Below are positions 56,962-64,000 of a DNA stretch of 64,000 nucleotides, in pieces (within the stretch, counting starts at the first letter, position 1; every line of letters starts with the position of its first letter). The notes under the pieces are model-generated. The model was given only the letters and a program-made list of their open reading frames with translations, made no database searches and had not been told where the DNA came from. The DNA lies in contig CAXXMV010000008.1 in assembly GCA_963662285.2 (NCBI GenBank), forward strand, positions 32,001 through 96,000, written 5' to 3'. Both the position numbers and the translations under genes were made by a program. The stretch comes from a bacterium (GTDB taxonomy: Bacteria > Hinthialibacterota > Hinthialibacteria > Hinthialibacterales > Hinthialibacteraceae).

Positions 56962-58842
56962 ATGAATAATCTACTGACCCGACGAAATTTCCTGGCGACC
57001 ACCACCGCCGTTTCAGCCAGCGCCTTGTTGTATCAACCCGCATCTGCGGCGCAGGATCGTCCCAACATTCTCTGGATCACCAGCGAAGACAACGGTCCCC
57101 AACTGGGCTGCTACGGCGACTTGTATGCTGACACGCCAAACATCGATAAGATCGCCGCCCAGGGGGTGAGATATCTCAACGCATGGTCCACCGCGCCAGT
57201 CTGCGCTCCAGCCAGAACCACCATTATCTCTGGAGTCTATCCGCCATGCACCGGATCAGAACACATGCGCAGCCTGACCAAACTGCCCGGTAACATGAAA
57301 ATGTTCCCGGTCTACCTGCGCCAGGCCGGTTACTACTGCACCAACAGATCAAAAGAAGATTACAACCTTGAAAAAACAGGTCAGGTGTGGGACGATTCCA
57401 GCAAGACCGCGCATTGGCGCAACCGTAAACCGGATCAACCGTTCTTCTCGGTTATAAATTTCACAACCACCCATGAAAGCCAGGTTCGCAAACGTCCTCA
57501 TACGCCCATACATGATCCAGCCAAAGTTCGCGTTCCCGCTTATCATCCGGACATACCAGAGGTACGACGCGATTGGGCGCAGTATTACGATAAGATCACC
57601 GAAATGGACGCTCAGGTCGGTCAGGTCATGCAGCAATTGGAAGAAGACGGTCTGACTGAGAATACTATCGTGTTTTACTATGGCGACCACGGCGCCGGGA
57701 TGCCGCGCAGCAAACGCTGGCCATATAATTCAGGGCTGCATGTTCCGATCATTGTTTCAATCCCCGAAAAGTTCAAACATCTCGCCAGCCCGGACTACAC
57801 AAAAGCAGGGCAAAGCGACCGCATCATCGGATTCATTGATCTGGCGCCAACCGTGCTGAGCATTGCGGGCATTAAACCTCCCGCTTACATGCAGGGTCAC
57901 GCATTCCAGGGCGAGTTTTGCGATGCAGCGCAACCATTCGGATATGGCTTCCGTGGACGCATGGATGAACGCTACGACATGGTTCGCACGGTGCGCGACA
58001 AACGATATATCTATATTCGCAATTACATGCCGCATAAAATTTACGGTCAGTATATTAACTATATGTTCCAGACGCCTACTACCTCCAAGTGGAAGGAACT
58101 GTACGACAAAGGCGAATTGAAACCGCCGCAAACCTACTTCTGGGAAACCAAGCCGCCTGAAGAAATTTATGACCTGGAGAAAGATCCTGATGAAGTCAAC
58201 AATCTGATCGATTCACCTGAGCATCAGGATATTATTCAAAAACTGCGCACTGCACAGCGGAAAAAAGCCTTTGATATCCGCGACGTAGGCTTCTTGCCAG
58301 AAAACGAAGTCCACTCACGCTCCAAAGGTTCAACGCCTTATGAAATGGGACACGATTCCTCCAAGTATCCCATGGAAAATATATTCGCAATGGCTGATGC
58401 CGCCTCTAACCTGAAAGAGCAGAACATCGACAAATGTCTATTAGGATTAAAAAATGAAGACAGTGCAGTACGTTATTGGGGAGCGATGGGCATTCTGATG
58501 CGTGAAGAAGCTGCGGTTAAAAATGCCGCCAATGTTCTCCGTAAATCCCTGAGTGATGAAGCGCCCGCCGTGCGCATAATCGCAGCGCAGGCCTTAGGAC
58601 AATACGGCGGCGATAAAGACGCTCAAAAAGCTTTACAAGTTCTGCTTGAACTGGCGCCGATTGATAAGAATGGCGTATGTTTATCGATGATGTCGCTGAA
58701 CGCTATTGATGCTATGGGAGACCGGGCTGAAAGCGCCAAAGATATCATCGCTGCATTTCCCGGACAAGCGCCTTCAACCGTTGGACGCATGAGAGGATAC
58801 GTGCCAAACCTGCTCAAAAAAATCAATGCGGATTTACAGTAG
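56962..58842 (+). CDS. Sulfatase with C-terminal HEAT repeats, Tat-exported
   Basis: TRRNFL; WITSED, CAPAR, GDHG; D.AVRYW.A and PAVRI.AA.ALG HEAT units; start after AAGGA. Confidence 0.9.
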   Translation: MNNLLTRRNFLATTTAVSASALLYQPASAAQDRPNILWITSEDNGPQLGCYGDLYADTPNIDKIAAQGVRYLNAWSTAPVCAPARTTIISGVYPPCTGSEHMRSLTKLPGNMKMFPVYLRQAGYYCTNRSKEDYNLEKTGQVWDDSSKTAHWRNRKPDQPFFSVINFTTTHESQVRKRPHTPIHDPAKVRVPAYHPDIPEVRRDWAQYYDKITEMDAQVGQVMQQLEEDGLTENTIVFYYGDHGAGMPRSKRWPYNSGLHVPIIVSIPEKFKHLASPDYTKAGQSDRIIGFIDLAPTVLSIAGIKPPAYMQGHAFQGEFCDAAQPFGYGFRGRMDERYDMVRTVRDKRYIYIRNYMPHKIYGQYINYMFQTPTTSKWKELYDKGELKPPQTYFWETKPPEEIYDLEKDPDEVNNLIDSPEHQDIIQKLRTAQRKKAFDIRDVGFLPENEVHSRSKGSTPYEMGHDSSKYPMENIFAMADAASNLKEQNIDKCLLGLKNEDSAVRYWGAMGILMREEAAVKNAANVLRKSLSDEAPAVRIIAAQALGQYGGDKDAQKALQVLLELAPIDKNGVCLSMMSLNAIDAMGDRAESAKDIIAAFPGQAPSTVGRMRGYVPNLLKKINADLQ

Positions 58843-58964
58843 TAGGATGTGCGTTATCACATTATTTTTATATCATTAACCGAATTCCTTATTCTAAATA
58901 AACGTCAGTTAGATTATGATTATAACGCCAATTGATAATTCTAAAGTCATAGGTAACAAACTGT

Positions 58965-59103
58965 GAATTCTCACCCAGGCTTGGGGTAGAGGGATTTGGA
59001 TAGATAACAAGGAGTGTCTTTGGTGGGTCGGTGAGGCGCGACCCACCCTACGCTTGGGTGGTCATTCCTCTTCCAAGATTGGGAGAGGTCAGGGAGAGGG
59101 TTG
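58965..59103. repeat. Composite repeat cluster: CCCT-family repeat, GTAG REP, CCCT-family repeat
   Basis: GAATTCTCACCCAGGCTTGGGGTAGAGGG (58965); GGTGGGTCGGTGAGGCGCGACCCACCCTAC (59022-59051); TTCCTCTTCCAAGATTGGGAGAGGTCAGGGAGAGGGTTG (59065). Confidence 0.65.
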
Positions 59104-59209
59104 ATATCGGTAATCTTCGTATAAGAATGACCAATAATAGTAAATTCATCTACTGAGTAAGATATTTTATTGGATTAGGGGTGAGTGTTTTTATTGATTA
59201 TCGCCCTCT

Positions 59210-61498
59210 TTACAGCCACTTGAAAGCGGTGGGATATTTTCCCCGGATCAGTGGAATTAGACGAAAGGATGTTGCAGGCAATTTGTTTATTTCTTCAAGG
59301 GTAATCGGGTAACGGGTGGGAAAAGCGCCATTGCCTATACCGGCTACAGCTGAGTTGATGCTGACCAGAGTTCCATCGGTTCCCTGCTCTATTGATACGT
59401 CGCCATCCAGCATCATAACGCCCAATCCATAACCCTGTTTATCCAGCAATGCCAAAGTACTTACACGGCTGCGGTTTCCCGGCGCCATTTCGCTTATGGG
59501 ATAATATTGATTTAATCCCCAGTTATTCAAAATCGATTGACCCGGATAAGATGGATATGGACCATCGCCCATCCAGGCGATTCGATCCAAGTTTGATGGA
59601 ACAATGAATGTCAGGCCAACCTCTTGCAGCACTTTATCATTATCACCGGGATGAACCTTAAACCGGATATCAGAAAAACCAAATGGAGATGATAAAATAT
59701 CAATATCAACCTTAACCGGATGATCGGCATCCAGAGGTTTACGCTCAATCATTGTAGTATGGAATTCAATATTCCTGCCGATCTTTTCCATGCTCTTTGA
59801 TTCCACCCACAAGTCATTAATTAATGGTGGTTGCAAACCAGGCGCTCCATCATGGCCATAATGCAACTGATCAGCTTTTGATCCGGGCCGCGCCAATCTA
59901 ATAAATGGACCGCCGCTAATCAGCCTTACATTATGCTCCTGAGTCCGCATAAACCAGCTGGTGGTAGCCAATTGAATATTGAAACAATAGTTTTTGTGTT
60001 CGATTCTTCCATCTAATGCGCTGCCGGATACTTTCCAGCCTTGATCCCATTTCAAATCACGCAATCGATTCAGTAATGACTTTTCCAGATCCCATGGACG
60101 TAAGTGGATTGATTGTTCATAAATCATGAGTCCTGAAGAATCATAAAACCGGTACAATAAATAATTGTTATAGTCGGCAAAATCTTCTGGCATCTCCAGA
60201 GCAGCGGCCAGTTCCATTTTGCTTCCCGGCTCAAGATCAATCCGTACGGTACTATGCGCGGCAACCTTGCCATCTCTCAGCAAAAACCTTTTACAAACAA
60301 TATCGCGAAGATTGGTAAAATTAAAATCATTGCGGAGAGTTAATTCAACCACCTGTTTGCCAGACTTAATCTTATGCTCAATTTCATCAATCCAGATAGG
60401 AGAAAAAGCCTTCTGAACCTGATGATAATCTATCTGATACGATTGATCAGCATTTGAAGATTGATCAGCGAATGGCTCAATCAATACGCCCGCCAGTTGA
60501 GGATGCTTTAGCTCCATACGCCGGAAATCTTCTAAACCTTCCATTGCATAATCTAATGTAGGGGAAAACGAAGTTGCAATAATGGGAAGACGCCTCTTTG
60601 ACAACTCGCGCATATCTTCAGGAATGATATTCTGCAGCGCCAATATATCCACCACATCCGGCAACGAAGCATCCGCAGTGCCAGCGATCAACAATGGTCG
60701 GGTTGCATCTAGTTCTTTAATATACTGAGCAGCCTCATTGATTTCCACATCTCCTTGCTGCTGCTTTCCGAGGTTCCATGCGATAAGAGACGCATGATTA
60801 GCGCAGCGGGTAATTTCCCGCTCAATATCCGCCTTCTCAGAATCGGGTAAATGAGCGATAACATACATCCCGGTTTTATCGCATTGTTCAAGGAAACGAG
60901 ATGCAGGATTTTGGTTGTTTATCAGCATGGCGTTGCAATTGGCTTGTTTCATCAATTGCAAATCGGCTTGCCATGCTCTTTCCTGCTGAGCAGCATCACC
61001 CGAAGTTGTATAATTATAGTTAACTCCACGAATAGTCAGCGGCGTTCTATTTAGTAATAATATTCCATTATCAATAGCAATCTCTCGAACTCCAATATCA
61101 ATTGAAATATCCTGGAGAGACTGTTCGGCAAGTTTGAGTGATGCTGATAAACGGTATAAACGGGGAGTTTCAGCAGTCCAATACTGGGGATGTTCAATTG
61201 GCAATATGGCGCGACCTATGGATATATCGCCTTGCGGTTCAAACCATGTAATGGTAGTCTGCGCCGTAGATTCTCCATCGGGAGAAGTTAAATTCAAGTC
61301 CAATACTACACCAGTTGCATCCTTGATACCCGACAGCGTCGATTTTATGTGAACCTTGGCTGATGTAGTGCGCTTGTCTAATTCGATGGTTGCCCTTAGA
61401 TCATCAATAGCATGATTCGCTTCATCACAAAAGACCACATCACAAAAAAATAGACCCACTAAAATACAACTAAAAATATTTAATAAAATATATTTCAT
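59210..61498 (-). CDS. Secreted GH2 (beta-galactosidase-like) protein with degenerate catalytic motifs
   Basis: P.YWTAETPRLY, G.REI.I....L.LN.......GVN, DL.LMKQAN.N, CD..GMYV, NH.S..AW, D.TRP, N.FNFTNL, W.G.GP..SYP. Confidence 0.75.
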   Translation of the reverse strand: MKYILLNIFSCILVGLFFCDVVFCDEANHAIDDLRATIELDKRTTSAKVHIKSTLSGIKDATGVVLDLNLTSPDGESTAQTTITWFEPQGDISIGRAILPIEHPQYWTAETPRLYRLSASLKLAEQSLQDISIDIGVREIAIDNGILLLNRTPLTIRGVNYNYTTSGDAAQQERAWQADLQLMKQANCNAMLINNQNPASRFLEQCDKTGMYVIAHLPDSEKADIEREITRCANHASLIAWNLGKQQQGDVEINEAAQYIKELDATRPLLIAGTADASLPDVVDILALQNIIPEDMRELSKRRLPIIATSFSPTLDYAMEGLEDFRRMELKHPQLAGVLIEPFADQSSNADQSYQIDYHQVQKAFSPIWIDEIEHKIKSGKQVVELTLRNDFNFTNLRDIVCKRFLLRDGKVAAHSTVRIDLEPGSKMELAAALEMPEDFADYNNYLLYRFYDSSGLMIYEQSIHLRPWDLEKSLLNRLRDLKWDQGWKVSGSALDGRIEHKNYCFNIQLATTSWFMRTQEHNVRLISGGPFIRLARPGSKADQLHYGHDGAPGLQPPLINDLWVESKSMEKIGRNIEFHTTMIERKPLDADHPVKVDIDILSSPFGFSDIRFKVHPGDNDKVLQEVGLTFIVPSNLDRIAWMGDGPYPSYPGQSILNNWGLNQYYPISEMAPGNRSRVSTLALLDKQGYGLGVMMLDGDVSIEQGTDGTLVSINSAVAGIGNGAFPTRYPITLEEINKLPATSFRLIPLIRGKYPTAFKWL

Positions 61499-61549
61499 GG
61501 TATATAAGAGTTTAGCCTGTTAAAATATCTGCACCCTGCCCCAAGCCTA

Positions 61550-61858
61550 TTAATCATTAATAGAAAGTTTGAATTCATCCAATAAACGCTTGCCATGGAT
61601 AACGGCAATGATCAAGATTTGTTTGGGCTTTAGCTGATAAATAAGTCGATAACTATAAACGAATTTCTCTCGTATTTGCACATTGTTAAATTCGGTAACG
61701 ATACGACCTGTATATAGCATATCAGTTAATGATTTTGCAGTATAAAGAATTTTTTCTACTACAGCGCCGGCATAAGCAGCCGAATCACGTGAGATAAAAT
61801 CAGCAATTGATTCTACATCTTCGACTGCTCCAGGCGACCAGATTACTTTGATATCCAT
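61550..61858 (-). CDS. RelE/ParE family toxin
   Basis: VIWSP.A..D...I..FI..DS...A, GR.V.E, RE..V.SYR.IY, I.AV.HG.R. Confidence 0.9.
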   Translation of the reverse strand: MDIKVIWSPGAVEDVESIADFISRDSAAYAGAVVEKILYTAKSLTDMLYTGRIVTEFNNVQIREKFVYSYRLIYQLKPKQILIIAVIHGKRLLDEFKLSIND

Positions 61859-62031
61859 TTTTCAAGTTTCGCCTGAACATCTTCATGAGAAAGCGTTCCT
61901 TCCGAATCCGCGCGTTCAATTCCTCGTTTTACTTTTTCAACAACATAAAGATGGTACTGGATATCTTCCAGGGAACAATCATCCGGTAACTTTTTCAAGA
62001 GTGATTCCAATTCAACTTTGGCATTACTCAT
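61843..62031 (-). CDS. Antitoxin partner of the RelE/ParE toxin
   Basis: MSNAK......LPDDCSLEDIQYHLYV.EK..RG......G..SHE; GGAGA RBS; overlaps the toxin start. Confidence 0.85.
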   Translation of the reverse strand: MSNAKVELESLLKKLPDDCSLEDIQYHLYVVEKVKRGIERADSEGTLSHEDVQAKLEKWISK

Positions 62032-62129
62032 CTTAATATCTCCAGAAATGATAAATTCATTATACCTCAGGAAAGAAGAACAACCACAGAGCAAATTGTC
62101 CAATAAGTTTCCATCATAGTATTAATAAC

Positions 62130-64000
62130 TCAATTCCCGATAATCTTATTAAACAAATTACCAACTGAACCAACGCCTTTTTTAACCATATTAACGCCCG
62201 ATTCAGCAATATCGACTGGTAATTTCAAAACATTACGCAGACCATTGTTAACATTGCTCCACAAAACAGATCCGATACCCAACCCCTGCTTAAATTTCGG
62301 ATCGCGAATATCACCAGTCCATTTGTTATTATTGAATGCAATAACGCCGTTTTTATCTTTCATACCATTCAAGGCCGTAATCACTGTCCGCTGATCGATT
62401 TTCAAAGGCCAACCACTTTTTACAGGCTTGAATACAGGATTAATCAGTTCAAGATCAATTATTCCATCAACCTGATCATCAACAATAGCCGCTTTTGCTT
62501 TTATACGCATGCCGCCATTTTCAATACGGACCGGTAAAGCTTTATCGCTGGTATATAAGTAAGGATGATATTTATCAATATTAACGATAAATAACATTCC
62601 TTCACCTTTCATATTAAATAATGGTCCAGAAGGCGAAACAGATCCGTTAAAGACCAGAGTCCCCGGCGACGGTTCCAGTAAAACAGCCGACATAATTAAT
62701 GGAGCAAGCGAAGCAGATTCTTTCCCAAAAATCAGATCAGACCATGTCGCATTAAAGTCGTCTAACCGATGCATTATGGGCTGTTCGATTGTGCGGTCTT
62801 CAATATTAAAGTTTGCGTTAACAATGCTCAGTTTTCCAATGGTTATAGGATTGGAGATTTCCTCCTCGCTAACCTTGGCGATTCCCTGAGAAACCCTCTT
62901 CCCCAACTGAATCCAATCTGAAGCAGAGTTAACCAGTTCAAATTGATCCGGCAGCCAGGCGCATTGCACACGAGCGTCATGGAAAACAGCTTGCTTCCAA
63001 CTCTTCCACTCCTGATCATCATTTCTTATGGCCGTAATGGAGTGAATATCAATGTTGGAATTGCGGGCGCCGCTTACCTTGCTCCATGAAATCCCTGATG
63101 CGCTCAAAACATTGGACTCTGCCCGATATTCAATGAAATCCGTTGTCATCCGCTGATCTTCAACGTTTGTTCGATGCAATGCCACCACGCTATCTTCAAA
63201 TGCCAGATATTTCAGTTCTTCAAGCGGAGCGGGTTTCATGGCGGTGGTTTTAGTAGACTTGGGCAGCAGTGATTCGATTACAGAGCGAATGCAATTCACC
63301 GCCCGTACTACATTCAACCCGCCTTGCTTATCTTCACGGATATCAAGCCGACCGCCCTTGGCAACAAGGCGTTCGACCGTTGTTTCACCTTTTACAACAC
63401 CGCCTAATACGATGCGGTTCAACAGAAGCAGCGACTTGCCATCTTCTTCAAGAACAGCGTTGCTTATAGTCAATTCATCTTTGATTCCATCATATTCAAC
63501 TTGATCAGCATTAAGAACTATTTCGCCGGATTCTTTCCCGGCGACGGAAGCGGGAAGAATTCTTATATTCGCATTGGTAACTTTAAGCATTACAACCGGG
63601 CTGCCTGAAACTTCTACAGCCGGTTTAGCGCCAAGCATCGAACTGCTTATTTCGCTGTATACCCGAAACCAAATTTCTCCAATATCATTATAATCGTATC
63701 TATCATTGCTTATCTGACGCCCGTCAAGCCGGACGCCATCTGCTTCAATAACCAGACAATTTTGCAGTTCCTTCATCATATTCTGAATATTCAGATTCTT
63801 AAACGAAAACAAGGCGTCTTCGCTTGTTGAATCAAAAACCCGTGAATTTTCAATCTTCATTTGTTGATTGTCAGGATAAAACTCAAGACGTCCAAGATTT
63901 ATAACAGTGGATTTTTTTTCTGCGTCAGCGGAATTCAGATAATTCAGATGAATATCTTCCAATTCAATAGATGGTATTTTGCTCAATGCATCATCTGGCG
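62130..64000 (-). CDS. DUF748/AsmA-like envelope protein, 3' part; 5' end lies beyond the window
   Basis: Frame open to the window edge; beta-rich repeats; C-terminal D.NG.I......GD..DP.F...G and an amphipathic tail. Confidence 0.65.
   Translation of the reverse strand, partial: PDDALSKIPSIELEDIHLNYLNSADAEKKSTVINLGRLEFYPDNQQMKIENSRVFDSTSEDALFSFKNLNIQNMMKELQNCLVIEADGVRLDGRQISNDRYDYNDIGEIWFRVYSEISSSMLGAKPAVEVSGSPVVMLKVTNANIRILPASVAGKESGEIVLNADQVEYDGIKDELTISNAVLEEDGKSLLLLNRIVLGGVVKGETTVERLVAKGGRLDIREDKQGGLNVVRAVNCIRSVIESLLPKSTKTTAMKPAPLEELKYLAFEDSVVALHRTNVEDQRMTTDFIEYRAESNVLSASGISWSKVSGARNSNIDIHSITAIRNDDQEWKSWKQAVFHDARVQCAWLPDQFELVNSASDWIQLGKRVSQGIAKVSEEEISNPITIGKLSIVNANFNIEDRTIEQPIMHRLDDFNATWSDLIFGKESASLAPLIMSAVLLEPSPGTLVFNGSVSPSGPLFNMKGEGMLFIVNIDKYHPYLYTSDKALPVRIENGGMRIKAKAAIVDDQVDGIIDLELINPVFKPVKSGWPLKIDQRTVITALNGMKDKNGVIAFNNNKWTGDIRDPKFKQGLGIGSVLWSNVNNGLRNVLKLPVDIAESGVNMVKKGVGSVGNLFNKIIGN

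Noticed and set aside
61550-62031. RelE/ParE TA pair as another repeat-flanked cassette
   Set aside because: No REP or direct repeat visible on either side; an ordinary stand-alone TA module
1-64000. tRNA, rRNA, riboswitch or prophage genes
   Set aside because: No cloverleaf/T-loop signatures, rRNA-like tracts or phage structural genes recognised by eye; a covariance-model scan (tRNAscan-SE, Infernal/Rfam) would be needed to exclude small RNAs

Overview
A 64-kb bacterial chromosomal segment, with moderate GC in genes and AT-rich spacers. It comes from an organism rich in Tat/Sec-exported sulfatases, Gfo/Idh/MocA, DUF1080 and CotH/lamin-tail proteins, a profile typical of PVC-like or candidate-phylum heterotrophs; taxonomy cannot be fixed from this window. 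Housekeeping genes include mltG, an M20 dipeptidase and ftsH-folP-cdaA-cdaR-pdxJ-rpe followed by a glycerol-1-phosphate dehydrogenase. Accessory parts include a wHTH-regulated uppS-paralogue operon with a visible operator, a Cache/PAS phosphorelay and three GT-C-type membrane glycosyltransferases, two of which overlap head-to-head. There is also a putative sulfur-redox locus (ArsR, HybA-like Fe-S protein, NrfD-cytochrome c3-octaheme OTR fusion with 13 CxxCH, SQR-like flavoprotein), an ABC-ATPase + TOPRIM defence-like pair and two TA modules. Three families of short palindromic repeats occur. The most notable observations are (1) a shared 9-residue C-terminal tail T-x-V-x-x-W-x-[LI]-[YK]-stop on three unrelated secreted proteins, a candidate protein-sorting signal, (2) a hicAB cassette bracketed exactly by two near-identical 79-bp REP doublets, and (3) the 13-heme membrane fusion. 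No rRNA, tRNA, CRISPR array or intact transposase/integrase was seen. All family calls come from motif recognition by eye, not database searches.
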